Shown here one piece after another: positions 40,959 to 51,810 of a DNA stretch of 64,000 bases. The DNA is from a virus (Duplodnaviria; Caudoviricetes), in IMG/VR virus record IMGVR_UViG_3300021426_000079, positions 1-64,000 of that record. One strand, given 5' to 3'. The position numbers and the translations under genes are program-made. The notes under the pieces were generated by a model that searched no databases, had not been told where the DNA came from, and saw nothing but the letters and a program-made list of their open reading frames with translations. Every line of letters starts with the position of its first letter. Position 1 is the first letter of the stretch.

Positions 40959-41756
40959 ATGAACGAATTGGATTTTTCTTTTGGCGGCGAAACGCTTAGT
41001 TCGCACGGTTATATGCTGTGCAGTTTCGACAGCGCATCTTCTGCTGACACGAATGATACAGACTCTCAGCGCAAATTTGAGAATGTATCCATGAATGGCG
41101 GCAAGTGGTATCCAATCGTCAGCGCGGAGTATTCTGACCCACTCTCAAAAGAAAAGTCAATTTGTAAACTCCCAACGGCGAAGAATAGATACATCACTGA
41201 GAACGAGACTATCGCAATTAAGCGTTGGCTGAATCGCCCGACTCCACAGGTGTTGCGCATGGGAAGTGCTGAATACGCGCACTATTTCTGGATGGGTTCA
41301 TTCAACGTATCTGAGGTAACATTTGCAGAGCGCATTATCGGCTTTAACTTGTCATTCACTTCTACTGCTCCATTCGGTTTTAAGGAGAAACAGATTGTGC
41401 GCGGCTCTTGCGACGCGAACGGCACGATTGCGATTAAAGATACAAGCGACGAGATTGGGTATATCTATCCCGATATTACTCTCACGCTCAAAGATTCTGG
41501 AACGCTGACGGTGACGAATGAAATGGACGGCAGAAAGTTCGCACTGCTCTCCTGCTCTAGCGGCGAGAAAATCATGATTACTCATGCACTTGAAGTTATC
41601 AGCAGTAATGCGGCGCACGAAATCGGCAATGATTGTAATTATGTATTCCCTCGCATTTGTAATAAATATGAAAATACTTTGAATAAGTTCACGGTGAGTC
41701 TGCCGTGCGACTATGAGATTTCTTACACTCCGATTGCAAAGGCGGTGATGCACTGA
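40959..41756 (+). CDS. distal tail protein (Dit)
   Basis: follows the TMP; DFSFGG, IKRWL and F.S.APFG motifs. Confidence 0.75.
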   Translation: MNELDFSFGGETLSSHGYMLCSFDSASSADTNDTDSQRKFENVSMNGGKWYPIVSAEYSDPLSKEKSICKLPTAKNRYITENETIAIKRWLNRPTPQVLRMGSAEYAHYFWMGSFNVSEVTFAERIIGFNLSFTSTAPFGFKEKQIVRGSCDANGTIAIKDTSDEIGYIYPDITLTLKDSGTLTVTNEMDGRKFALLSCSSGEKIMITHALEVISSNAAHEIGNDCNYVFPRICNKYENTLNKFTVSLPCDYEISYTPIAKAVMH

Positions 41757-44700
41757 TGTTAGATTTTGCTAATGTAATTCAGCTTGGCGCGGACGGTCAA
41801 GCTATCACGCCGTCGATTGTTCTAGCGTATAAGTCGGGGCGAAAACAGGGTGTGATTACTCATGTAAGCAATTATCAAGCGGCATTTCACATGAACTCTG
41901 CGGACGAGATTTCATTTGATGTGACGCGCACGATTAACGACGAAGATTGCAAACTCTGGAAGTCAATCAAGAATTTCAAACTTGTATATATTCCAGAATA
42001 CAAAACGAATACGAATGACCCTTGGTATGAAATTACCGTCACGCTCGACGAGGACAATAAGAAGGTAAAGCATATCAATGGAGTTCACGCGCAGGAAGCG
42101 GAACTGTCGCAACTGCGGCTGTACGATACCGAAATCAATACCGAAGATGATATTGCGCGCGACGACTATCAGATTACAAAGTTCTACGACCCGAATAATC
42201 CAGAGGGTTCGTTACTGAACAGAATACTCAAAGATAAAGCACCACATTACAAGATTCATCATGTAGACAGTTCGTTAATGCCGCAACAGCGCACGTTCTC
42301 GTTTAACGGCACGACAATCTATGACGCGCTCACACAGGATATTGCGAAGGAATTCAACTGCCTCTTCATCTTTGGTATTTCTACTGAGGATGACGGCAAG
42401 ATTCACCGCACGGTTTCGGCGTATGACCTTTACGATTATTGCGAGGATTGCGGCGAACGCGGCGAGTTCGGCAAGACTTGCCCGAAGTGCGGCAGTACAA
42501 ATATTCAGCGTGGTTACGGCGAAGATACGCAAGTATACATTTCGCGCGAAAATCTGTCGAATGATATTACCTATGATGGCAACGCAGACAACGTTAAGAA
42601 CTGCTTTCATCTGACGGCGGGTGACGATCTCATGACTTCGGCTGTGCGGATGTGCAATCCCAACGGCTCGGCTTACATCTGGTATCTGTCGGATGAAACG
42701 CGCGCGGAAATGTCGGAGGCTCTGCGTAACAAACTCGCAGAATACGATAAAGATATTGCGAAGTATAACGCGACCAGTACAGATGACGGCGGCGTGGCAC
42801 TGAATATTTCGGCTGACGATATTGCGGCGTACAATGCGCTCGTCAAGAAGTATCAAGCGTATGATACCTCAATCCCTACTCTTCCATCGCCTATAGTGGG
42901 ATTTTCCACACTGAGCGAGTGCTACTATGATGTGCTCGATATGCGTAATTATCTGCAAAAATCGCTTATGCCAAAAGCGGCGGCGCGACCTGCAACTACA
43001 GCAAAGAAGGAACTCGCGGCTCTGACTGACGCTTTCAAAGGTATGGGCGTTCAGCACTTAGCGTACTTTTCAAAGTCAAGCGCGGATTCGGCAATCCAGA
43101 CTTATGCGCGCGTGTACTATGATTCGGCGGCGTACAAGTTGAAGATTTCTAACTCGACCTATAGTAACGCGACTTGGAACGGCACAATTACGCTGACGAG
43201 TTACACTGACGAAGCTGACACGGCAAGCGGCGCAATTACGGCAACCTTCGTGGAAAACTATGAAGAGTATGTCAAAGACATGCTTGATAAGACGATGGCG
43301 CAACACAAGAGTGACAACTATGGTATTGTCGCGCTTATGAAGCAGAGTCTTGATAAGTTCAAAGAGTCGTTGAAAAACTATTGCGTCGATTCGCTGAAAA
43401 TTATTCTGAGCGTTGACCAGTCTGTGCTTGATGTATTGATTCAGAATGGACTTGGCGACGACGACCAGAACGATACGCTTTACACGCGACTGTATGAGCC
43501 TTACTACAATAAGTTGACGGCGATTCAGCAAGAGATTCAAGTGCGCGACGACGAGATTGCGACACTGCAAAACGAAGATAAGACTGGATTGCTCGACAAG
43601 ATTGTGGCAGAGCATGACCGCGTGAATGATATGCTGAATATCAAAACGTATCTTGGCGATGAACTCTGGACGGAACTGAGCAGTTTTCGGCGCGAGAATG
43701 AATACTCAAACAGCAACTATATCAGCGACGGTTTGGACAATGCAGGTATCGTCAAAAAAGCGAAGGAGTTTGTTAAGGCGGCGCAAACTGAACTTATCAA
43801 GTCGGCGATTTCGCAACAGACTATCTCTGCTTCGTTGAAGAATCTGCTACTGCTTGGCGACGACGGCGCGCAAAACCAAACTGAGTTTGACACGCTGTCT
43901 GCTCTTATGAGTAATTATCAAGATTATGTGCGCAGTTTCAACGCGCCTTTCGCGGCGATTATGCAACACCTCGCGCTCGGCAACTGGATTCATTTCGACG
44001 TAGATGATGAAGTGTATAAACTGCGGATGTCCGACTTCTCGATTGACTATGGTAATATCGACGAGATTAAAGTCACGTTCACGGATGCAGTGCTGAATGT
44101 TGCGAATGGTATTATCAGCGATGTAAAGTCTGTGCTTGACCGTGCGCAGTCTATGGCAACTTCCTATGGCTCGACGCAACGACAGGCGAAACAGGGCGAC
44201 GCAAGCATGACGCTCATTCAGAATATGGTGGCGAACGGACTGGACATGACAAATAAGAGAATCGTGTCTAGCGCGGATAACCAAGATATTGTTATGGATG
44301 AGCATGGTATGCTGATGCGGCGCGAGAACGATTATTCAGATGGGTATTCGGACGAACAGGCGAAACTGATTAACAGCGGTTTGTACTACACTGACGATAA
44401 TTGGGCGCATGTTAAAACGGCGGTTGGACACTTCCAGTATTACGACCCCGAAGACGGCAAGTATAAGGACGGTTACGGCGCATTGGCGCAACAGCTTGTC
44501 GGTAATCTCATTCTTGGTAACAATGTTGGCATCTATAATCTTGGCGGCAGTTTCAAAATCACTGACGATGGAGTGAAGTTTGTAACTAATGCCAGTAAAA
44601 ATGCTGACGGTACTCAGAAAATAACATCGTTTACGATTGCGCGCAAAGACTCTGCTAATAATGAAATCAAGCAGTTATACATTGATAGCGATGGTAATGT

Positions 44701-46600
44701 TAAAATTACGGGTAGTTCTATTTCAATTAGCGACGAAGAACTGCCAGAGTATCTGAATAAAAAAAGTGTTTCATCTGTAGATGTGCAGTACGGCAATTCT
44801 GATAATAGCACGACTGCGCCGACTGAATGGACAACCAATGCAAATTGGAAACAAGGCAAGTATCTGTGGACACGCACAAAGACAGTTTACGGAGATTCTT
44901 CTGTACAGTATTCTGACCCTAGTTTGATTGCAGGAGAAAGTGGTCTTGGTGTTGCATCTGTAGTTGAGCAGTATTTCCTTTCAAGCAGTAATACTACCGC
45001 TCCCTCCACTAATGCTGCTGGATGGACAGATACACAACCAACATGGAGCGAGGGGAATTATTACTGGACGCGCTCAAAGATAACGTGGGCTGACGGCACG
45101 ATAACCTACACTTCGCCGACCCTCGCGGTGGCACTGACTAGCGGAAATCAAAGCACTAACGACCTTGCGAAAGTCACGGCAAAATCGTGTGATGTCGAAT
45201 ATGCGAACAGCGCGAATTCAACGACCAAACCTGCAAGTGGCGACTGGACGACAACCGCAACTTGGGTGAAAGGCAAGACGCTGTGGACGCGCGTGAAAAT
45301 GACTTTGCAGAATGACAGTGTTGTTTATTCTGACCCGCGCGTTGTGTCGGCTGACAGCGGAACGATGGCGAGTGTGACGGAGCAATATTATCTGTCAACA
45401 AGCAACACGACTGCGCCTAGCGACAGTGACACAGGTTGGGCTGACAAACAGCAGACTTGGGTGACAGGCAGATATTACTGGACGCGCTCAAAGATAACGT
45501 GGGCTGACGGCACGATAACCTACACTTCGCCGACCCTCGCGGTGGCACTGACTAGCGGAAATCAAAGCACTGATACGCTTGACTCTAATCTTGGTTGGGA
45601 AGGTGTATTTAATCGGCTGACTAATGGAGGTGCAATTAAGGGGCTACAACGTGACAAAGAAACTGGTTACTGGATGCTCAATGCCGACTATATAAAGACT
45701 GGTGGATTAAAAGCTGATTATATTACAAGCGGAACAATTAAATCCGATACTGTTATTCAAGGTGGAACGCTAATTGGTGCAACAATTAAAAACGCATCAA
45801 CCAACCCAACATTCAGTGTAGATTCTACTGGAAAATTAAAAGCCACTAATGCCGAAATCACTGGAACAATTAGTGCGTCAACAATTACTGGTGGTTCAAT
45901 CGAAATTGGAAATGCAATATCTAAAAAATCATCTTACGTTAAGATTGATAAATCTGGTAATGCTCTGCTCAAATATACGGATTCTATTGGTGATAGTATT
46001 CAAATATCAAATCAAGGAATTTTATATAATGCTTATAAATCTACTCCTTTAAAATATGGAGAAGCGCACAATTTGATACGTTGGTGGTATGACAGTCAAG
46101 GCGGTGGCGGTGTTGGTCAAAGTGCAAAGCAAGAGAATGTATTAACTTTCAAATTAGGAACCGGAATGGGGGCGTTGCACCCTATAATTAATTTTGGTCT
46201 TGACGCCACAAGAAGTGAAATGAATATTCATGCGGGAACAATTAACATTTCTGCTATTCCCGGTATGTATGCATATGCGGGGTCTTTAAACCTCAAAGGT
46301 AATGTTTCTATTAACGATGTTTTGTTAACAGATTGTTTTTACTTAAAGACTTATACATTTACTCCTACAGCAAACACACCAAATTTATGTACTATACAAG
46401 CTGACTCTGGCGTTTCAGATTCTAGTGGTAATTACTACAAGTTTATTTGTTGGATAAATGTATCAACAAGTGGGTGGGTTGGCGCGCCATATATCGCTTC
46501 ACCCGCAGATCAGTCTTCTGAGGTATGGTCTATAAAATACCAAACAAGCTATACATCTTCGCAAAAGGTACTTGCAGTAGCATTATATTTTAAGTCTTAA
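41756..46600 (+). CDS. tail-associated lysin/spike (Tal) with fibre modules
   Basis: follows Dit; 1614 aa; repeated G.Y.WTR.K.T modules; INADYI.TG-like repeats. Confidence 0.8.
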   Translation: MLDFANVIQLGADGQAITPSIVLAYKSGRKQGVITHVSNYQAAFHMNSADEISFDVTRTINDEDCKLWKSIKNFKLVYIPEYKTNTNDPWYEITVTLDEDNKKVKHINGVHAQEAELSQLRLYDTEINTEDDIARDDYQITKFYDPNNPEGSLLNRILKDKAPHYKIHHVDSSLMPQQRTFSFNGTTIYDALTQDIAKEFNCLFIFGISTEDDGKIHRTVSAYDLYDYCEDCGERGEFGKTCPKCGSTNIQRGYGEDTQVYISRENLSNDITYDGNADNVKNCFHLTAGDDLMTSAVRMCNPNGSAYIWYLSDETRAEMSEALRNKLAEYDKDIAKYNATSTDDGGVALNISADDIAAYNALVKKYQAYDTSIPTLPSPIVGFSTLSECYYDVLDMRNYLQKSLMPKAAARPATTAKKELAALTDAFKGMGVQHLAYFSKSSADSAIQTYARVYYDSAAYKLKISNSTYSNATWNGTITLTSYTDEADTASGAITATFVENYEEYVKDMLDKTMAQHKSDNYGIVALMKQSLDKFKESLKNYCVDSLKIILSVDQSVLDVLIQNGLGDDDQNDTLYTRLYEPYYNKLTAIQQEIQVRDDEIATLQNEDKTGLLDKIVAEHDRVNDMLNIKTYLGDELWTELSSFRRENEYSNSNYISDGLDNAGIVKKAKEFVKAAQTELIKSAISQQTISASLKNLLLLGDDGAQNQTEFDTLSALMSNYQDYVRSFNAPFAAIMQHLALGNWIHFDVDDEVYKLRMSDFSIDYGNIDEIKVTFTDAVLNVANGIISDVKSVLDRAQSMATSYGSTQRQAKQGDASMTLIQNMVANGLDMTNKRIVSSADNQDIVMDEHGMLMRRENDYSDGYSDEQAKLINSGLYYTDDNWAHVKTAVGHFQYYDPEDGKYKDGYGALAQQLVGNLILGNNVGIYNLGGSFKITDDGVKFVTNASKNADGTQKITSFTIARKDSANNEIKQLYIDSDGNVKITGSSISISDEELPEYLNKKSVSSVDVQYGNSDNSTTAPTEWTTNANWKQGKYLWTRTKTVYGDSSVQYSDPSLIAGESGLGVASVVEQYFLSSSNTTAPSTNAAGWTDTQPTWSEGNYYWTRSKITWADGTITYTSPTLAVALTSGNQSTNDLAKVTAKSCDVEYANSANSTTKPASGDWTTTATWVKGKTLWTRVKMTLQNDSVVYSDPRVVSADSGTMASVTEQYYLSTSNTTAPSDSDTGWADKQQTWVTGRYYWTRSKITWADGTITYTSPTLAVALTSGNQSTDTLDSNLGWEGVFNRLTNGGAIKGLQRDKETGYWMLNADYIKTGGLKADYITSGTIKSDTVIQGGTLIGATIKNASTNPTFSVDSTGKLKATNAEITGTISASTITGGSIEIGNAISKKSSYVKIDKSGNALLKYTDSIGDSIQISNQGILYNAYKSTPLKYGEAHNLIRWWYDSQGGGGVGQSAKQENVLTFKLGTGMGALHPIINFGLDATRSEMNIHAGTINISAIPGMYAYAGSLNLKGNVSINDVLLTDCFYLKTYTFTPTANTPNLCTIQADSGVSDSSGNYYKFICWINVSTSGWVGAPYIASPADQSSEVWSIKYQTSYTSSQKVLAVALYFKS
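45059..45571 (+). repeat. identical 99-bp direct repeat (45059-45157 and 45473-45571)
   Basis: TATTACTGGACGCGCTCAAAG...AATCAAAGCACT occurs twice, 414 bp apart. Confidence 0.9.
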
Positions 46601-46625
46601 TTATGCAAATAAAAGGATAAGTAAA

Positions 46626-46853
46626 ATGAACAAACCAATTACTTTAATGAAAAATGAATATATAGAAAATCTTGTAAAAGTAACCAACGCTTCTCCTCTT
46701 CCTGCGTTTTTAAAAATCTATATTTTGCGCGACATTATTTCAGAACTCAATACTCTCGCTCAACAGCAGGAGCGATCAGATTGTGCGGCATACGATAAAG
46801 CGTGTGCGGAAGAGGCGGCGAAAACCGAAACAACATCAGAAGATGACAAATAA
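46626..46853 (+). CDS. hypothetical protein
   Basis: RBS; small gene after the spike. Confidence 0.75.
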   Translation: MNKPITLMKNEYIENLVKVTNASPLPAFLKIYILRDIISELNTLAQQQERSDCAAYDKACAEEAAKTETTSEDDK

Positions 46854-46859
46854 ACACAA

Positions 46860-47056
46860 TGGTACAAACAGTGAAGAGTATGAGTTCTTTAGTAGTGCGG
46901 AAATTCCAAACGTAGAGTTTGCCAAGCAGTCCTGTCGGCGTGAGAACGCTCACAGGTCACGCCATTTTAGTCGCGCGAGAGACTATAAACCTCGCGCATC
47001 GAAGAGAAAACTTCTAAACATCTAGCTTGCGTCCTTTGCGGCGCAGGCTATTTTTG
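46860..47056 (+). ncRNA. candidate pseudoknotted ncRNA plus terminator
   Basis: see finding; terminator TAGCTTGCG...CGCAGGCTA TTTTT at 47023-47056. Confidence 0.4.
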
Positions 47057-47335
47057 TGCATGAAATAATAGTTTTATGGAGATAAGACTGTACGGACGAT
47101 AAAGATAAGAATGTAGAGAACGCGCGCGAAGATAGCGTGGAGGTATCAAAAGAGATTATGCGTAATTGGGCTGATGAAATTCACAAGATTTACGCTCAGA
47201 TTGAAGCTGTTGGAAATTTTGGGAACAACAAGATTTATGCGCAGCGTCACTAGGTAGTGAATTGCGCGCAGTCGAAAGCGCAATCAATAGCGAAAGAAAT
47301 CTCTATCATTTCTTTTAACAACAAGGAGGCGTGAA

Positions 47336-47638
47336 ATGACTAGAGGCACAACGCCTACACATGAATTTAATACAAATGTAGACTTGACTGACGCGAAAAT
47401 CGTCTACATTACCTATATGCAGAACGGCGCAACCGCTGTTGAAAAAACCATTGACGACGCTGTAATTGACGGCGACAAAATCACCGTTTCTCTCACGGAG
47501 GAAGATACTCTGAAATTTGATGCGAACAGCCTTGTCGAGATTCAGCTTCGTGTCGGCTTTGAGAACGGCGAACGCATCGCGTCGAATATCATGCGTGTGC
47601 GCGTCCAGAAGATTTTGAAGGATGGTGAATTGGCGTGA
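47336..47638 (+). CDS. BppU-like baseplate domain protein
   Basis: RGTTPT...SLTEEDTLKF...EIQLR. Confidence 0.6.
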   Translation: MTRGTTPTHEFNTNVDLTDAKIVYITYMQNGATAVEKTIDDAVIDGDKITVSLTEEDTLKFDANSLVEIQLRVGFENGERIASNIMRVRVQKILKDGELA

Positions 47639-47904
47639 TTAAATTCAATGTCACAATGTCCGAAAGTAAATCGGAAATGGATGTGCAGTTCGCGCAAGAA
47701 AAGCCGTTCGTGGCGAAACTCAACGACACTATCGGCGTGGTCACGAATGACTATGAATCACTGAAAAACAAGCCTAAAATCAACGGAATTGAACTGGACG
47801 GCAATCGCGCGATTGAGGACTTCGCCGTGGACAAAATCGGCAACGAAGAACTGCGCCAGATTATCGACAGTCAATTTGACCTTGTATTTAAGGAGAACAA
47901 GTAA
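47635..47904 (+). CDS. tail fibre-associated protein
   Basis: DYESLKNKPKINGIELDGN motif. Confidence 0.6.
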   Translation: MIKFNVTMSESKSEMDVQFAQEKPFVAKLNDTIGVVTNDYESLKNKPKINGIELDGNRAIEDFAVDKIGNEELRQIIDSQFDLVFKENK

Positions 47905-48806
47905 TGGCAGACAAACAATACAAATACGCGACCAATGATGATTTGATTTATCTGGTAAACGCGCTGTTGCAGAAATTGAAGAACTCGCCGCTTGCGGACA
48001 ACACGACCTACACGTTGGCGATGAATTACAACAATATGCAACTCGACCTCACAGATGGCGACGGCAACGTAGTCAGTTCTGTAAAAGGCAAGCTGACAAC
48101 GAACGACCTTACCGACACGCTCAAAGCGAAGTATGACAAAGCGGCGACACGGGTGCAGGAACTTACTGACGTAGGTGTGGAGGCAAATAAACTTGAATCG
48201 GTAACTTTCAACGGCACGAAACTCGCCATTGATAAAGATAAGAATGTGTCGATTGAAGCGGTAGTTGCAGACGACTTAAAGCCTTACGCAAAGACGGCGA
48301 CTTATGACGCAGACGGCGACGGAATTGTGGATAACGCGGCGGCGGTCAACGGACATACTCTTGGTATGGATGTACCAGAAGGATCGAAGCTAACCGACAC
48401 GGTTTATGATGACACGGCGGTGCGCAAACTTATTGCAGGTAAAGTCGACTCTTCTGCTGTCCCGACTAGTGTTTCGCAACTGGCGAACGATTCAAAGTAC
48501 CAGACAAAGAATGATGTGGATTCGGCAATTGCGTCGGCGGTGGCGGGAATCGTGCAGTTTCAGTTTCAGAAAGTAACGGCTCTTCCCGAAACTGGCGAGA
48601 AGGGAATTATCTATCTGCTTCCTACGACAACGACTGGCGACAAGAATATTTACGCAGAATATATCTGGACTGGCACGACCTATGAGGAACTTGGCGTACA
48701 GCTTGATTTGAGTGGGTATCTCACTTCGGATGATGTTGTCGAACTTACCAACGCGGAAATGACCAGTATCGTTGACACAGCGTACACACAGGTATTTGGA
48801 GCATAA
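47904..48806 (+). CDS. head/tail fibre protein
   Basis: LTTNDLT, YDADGDGIVD, VSQLANDS and EYIWTG..YEELG..DLSGY motifs. Confidence 0.65.
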   Translation: MADKQYKYATNDDLIYLVNALLQKLKNSPLADNTTYTLAMNYNNMQLDLTDGDGNVVSSVKGKLTTNDLTDTLKAKYDKAATRVQELTDVGVEANKLESVTFNGTKLAIDKDKNVSIEAVVADDLKPYAKTATYDADGDGIVDNAAAVNGHTLGMDVPEGSKLTDTVYDDTAVRKLIAGKVDSSAVPTSVSQLANDSKYQTKNDVDSAIASAVAGIVQFQFQKVTALPETGEKGIIYLLPTTTTGDKNIYAEYIWTGTTYEELGVQLDLSGYLTSDDVVELTNAEMTSIVDTAYTQVFGA

Positions 48807-48808
48807 TT

Positions 48809-49135
48809 ATGGACACGAAAAATCTTGCAGGAAAAACAGGTTTGATAGCCGCGTGGGAAGAAACGTTCAGCAAGATTAAAAGTTTATTCGATAACTTGAC
48901 GCTTCCGTGGTCGAAAATCACAAGCGCGCCGACGACAGTGAGTGGGTACGGAATTACAGATGTATACACAAAGACTGAGGTTGACAGCGCGATTAACGCA
49001 GAGGCGGCGGCTCTTGGCGCGTATCTCTATATAGACGAAGCGACAGGTCGCCTTTATATGCGCACGGCGCGACAGCTTAATGACCAACTTGAATTTAACA
49101 TCACGGACGGACATTTACACGCGGTTTTTAAATAA
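48809..49135 (+). CDS. tail fibre-associated protein
   Basis: PTTVSGYGITDVYTKTEVD fibre repeat. Confidence 0.65.
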   Translation: MDTKNLAGKTGLIAAWEETFSKIKSLFDNLTLPWSKITSAPTTVSGYGITDVYTKTEVDSAINAEAAALGAYLYIDEATGRLYMRTARQLNDQLEFNITDGHLHAVFK

Positions 49136-49153
49136 AGAGAAAGGAGCAACATT

Positions 49154-50326
49154 GTGGCGATTACAATAACACAACAGCCTACAAGTGTATCGGCGTATCT
49201 GAATAGTGCGCTGACATTCACGATTGCGGCTACTGGCGCGACAAGCTATGCGTGGGAATTTTGCCACAAGGACACGACTGAGTTTTCACCGATTGATGGC
49301 GCGACAACCGACACGTTGAAGCTGACAATGCTTGAAGATTATGACGGTGCGCAGGTTCGGTGCAAAGTTTCTGACGGCAAAACGACGGCAACTAGCGATG
49401 CGGCGACTATCACTCTGCTTGCGACGGACGGCGGCTATATCCAGACGATTGATGTCAATGTGGATATTAACCCGAAGTACGGCGCGGAGGCGGTGAGCGT
49501 TAGCCAGAACGACGATACTCTGAGACTGTTGGTATTCAATCTATATAATAATCTCTCGCCTTTTACAATCCCCGATGGCGCGACGGTGCGGTTCAGCGGT
49601 TATAAGTCAGACGGCAATATCTTTGATTACCAGTGCGAAACCAAGGACAACACGGCGTATCTGCTTGTGCAGAAACAGATGACGGCAATCGCGGGAATCG
49701 TTGATTGCAAATTGCAGATTGTTAAGAATGGTGGACAGCTTGCAACGTGCCTTATTCAAATGATTGTTGACGAAGATCCTACGGCTAACGGCGTTGTGTC
49801 GGAATCGGTTCTGTCGCAGGTCGAGCAGATTAATACCAATATGCGCGTTTCGTATGCCTATCGTGAAGCGGCTAAAGAGTACGCAGACAACTCTCAAACT
49901 TCGGCAGAAAACTCTGAGAAGTCAGCGGTCAATTCGGCGAACAGCGCAAGCGCGGCAAAAACAAGCGAAACTAATGCGGCGGGTTCGGCTACGGATTCAA
50001 AAAACAGCGCAAACTCTTCTGCTTCTAGCGCGAAACTCTCTGAGTCGTGGGCGATTGGCGGCACTGGCACGCGCAACAATGAGAATATGGATAACTCTAA
50101 GTATTACTCTCAGCAGTCGGCGAACAGCGCAAGCGCGGCAAATCTTTCAGCGACGGACGCGGCGACACAGGCAGATCGCGCGGAAGCGGCGGTGGCAAAA
50201 ATGGGTTCGCTTTCAACTAGCTTTTATATCAATGCAAGTGGTCACTTGATGTATGGCACTATCCCGAATTTCGCGGGAACGTTCGCTATCACATCTTCTA
50301 CTGGGCACCTGCACGTTACTTATTAA
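49154..50326 (+). CDS. Ig-like plus BppU baseplate upper protein
   Basis: ITQQP Ig-like start; VSQND...KSDG BppU domain; SA.SA repeats; DNSKYY. Confidence 0.7.
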   Translation: MAITITQQPTSVSAYLNSALTFTIAATGATSYAWEFCHKDTTEFSPIDGATTDTLKLTMLEDYDGAQVRCKVSDGKTTATSDAATITLLATDGGYIQTIDVNVDINPKYGAEAVSVSQNDDTLRLLVFNLYNNLSPFTIPDGATVRFSGYKSDGNIFDYQCETKDNTAYLLVQKQMTAIAGIVDCKLQIVKNGGQLATCLIQMIVDEDPTANGVVSESVLSQVEQINTNMRVSYAYREAAKEYADNSQTSAENSEKSAVNSANSASAAKTSETNAAGSATDSKNSANSSASSAKLSESWAIGGTGTRNNENMDNSKYYSQQSANSASAANLSATDAATQADRAEAAVAKMGSLSTSFYINASGHLMYGTIPNFAGTFAITSSTGHLHVTY

Positions 50327-50339
50327 TGGAGGTATTTAA

Positions 50340-51803
50340 ATGGCAACAACAGATATTGACCTTGGGTTAGTCACAGCTTACGGATATGCAGTATCGAAAG
50401 GCTACACTGGCACTGAGGAACAGTTTAAAACAGACCTTGCAAACATCGCAAACAAACAGGATAAGACACCTAGTACCGCTGTATCGGATGTATCGAGTTC
50501 GGCACTGCAAGTAGTCGGCAATCAGAAGATTGATTATAACGCACTGGCAAAAGCTATCGTAGAACAATACTCCGCGTCAGAACTTTGCGGCGCATCGCAG
50601 AGCGTCAAAGCTGCTATCGACGGATTAAATGAGACTTTAATTAATCTTTCTGATGAATCGGAGAAATATTACGGAATGATTATCCACCAAAATATTGCAT
50701 CTCCGAATAGTGGGAAGGTTGAATATATTGGCAAGAATAGGTCATACACTCCATTCACTATGAATCTGACAAATGGTACTTGGGACGCAGGCTCATGGGG
50801 CGAAATGCCCACGCTTACCAAAAATCGTCCGGCTATGATTAAGACAGACGGTACTTTCGATTACTGGCTTGACGAAAATGATTATACAAAAAAGGCTAAC
50901 GGACAGGCATCTGATGTGTCTAATACATCATACGATGGTAATGCCTTCGCGTGGTTTGAACCTATCTGGATGCGCTTAAAGGTAAGTGGAAACGATCTTG
51001 AGGTTCGGTTTGCTTATGAACAGCTTGATGATGATTACGTTGAGGTATGTCCAGAACATTGCGGATTATGGATTCCCATGTTTTATGGATGCCCCATTAA
51101 TGGAAAGATGCGGTCTATTGCCGGGACAACTTCAATCGCAAATATTTCTGGCAATACTACAACAGATGTTCAGCATAACTCTATCGTTGCGAATGGGAGC
51201 GATTATCTTTTCTTTGGCGGCAAGGTCGCTACTGCAATTTCTCTGCTCAAAGTTCTCTGGTCAAAATCAACCAACTCCGAATTTTGGGGCATGGGGAACA
51301 TGAACGGATATGATTCATCAAACTCTACAACGTATGGAACAAAGAGCAATCCTGTTGTTGGAGGTGGTCAATTCTACGGAACATCTGATGGCAAATCTGC
51401 CAACAAATTTATGCACTCTGTAGTTTTGCAGACGCAGGATGTTTGGGTTCGTGACCCCTATCTGATTTGCGATAATAAGAGATTCAAGATTTCGACAGAT
51501 TACCATTACGATGTTACTGGCGCAACATACACCGATACTGGAATAGACCATGGTGGTCAAGGATATATTATCGCATTTACTCCCAAAGATGGATTTCTGC
51601 TTCCAACAACCGTTGGCGGTTCTACATCAACATACTACTGTGACCATACATGGCTTAACGCATCTATCGTGGCTGTTTCCCTACGTTTTGCGAATGGCAG
51701 CTATGGGGCTGATGGGGGTGGTTTTGCTCTGTATTGCGGCAGTGATGCGGGCGCTGCTTGGTGGAGCTATGGCTCGGCGGTCATGTTGAAGCAGTTGGTT
51801 TGA
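50340..51803 (+). CDS. DGR target tail fibre / receptor-binding protein (C-terminal CLec-type variable region)
   Basis: 3' end matches the TR with A-specific mismatches. Confidence 0.85.
   Translation: MATTDIDLGLVTAYGYAVSKGYTGTEEQFKTDLANIANKQDKTPSTAVSDVSSSALQVVGNQKIDYNALAKAIVEQYSASELCGASQSVKAAIDGLNETLINLSDESEKYYGMIIHQNIASPNSGKVEYIGKNRSYTPFTMNLTNGTWDAGSWGEMPTLTKNRPAMIKTDGTFDYWLDENDYTKKANGQASDVSNTSYDGNAFAWFEPIWMRLKVSGNDLEVRFAYEQLDDDYVEVCPEHCGLWIPMFYGCPINGKMRSIAGTTSIANISGNTTTDVQHNSIVANGSDYLFFGGKVATAISLLKVLWSKSTNSEFWGMGNMNGYDSSNSTTYGTKSNPVVGGGQFYGTSDGKSANKFMHSVVLQTQDVWVRDPYLICDNKRFKISTDYHYDVTGATYTDTGIDHGGQGYIIAFTPKDGFLLPTTVGGSTSTYYCDHTWLNASIVAVSLRFANGSYGADGGGFALYCGSDAGAAWWSYGSAVMLKQLV
51667..51781 (+). 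repeat. DGR variable repeat (VR)
   Basis: 115-bp copy of the TR; 16 of 18 mismatches fall at TR adenines. Confidence 0.92.
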
Positions 51804-51810
51804 GAGGGTT

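Noticed and set aside
46300-46600. Second DGR target at the C-terminus of the tail spike
   Set aside because: No similarity to the TR is visible.
46860-47056. tmRNA, suggested by the tandem pseudoknots
   Set aside because: No tRNA-like ends, T-loop, CCA or tag reading frame are visible.
47085-47334. Amber (TAG) recoding, suggested by coding-like frames with an internal TAG here and near 62786
   Set aside because: Long genes (2721, 1614 and 921 aa) contain no in-frame TAG, and several small genes end at TAG. Isolated nonsense mutations are the simpler explanation, though a suppressor tRNA outside the window cannot be excluded.
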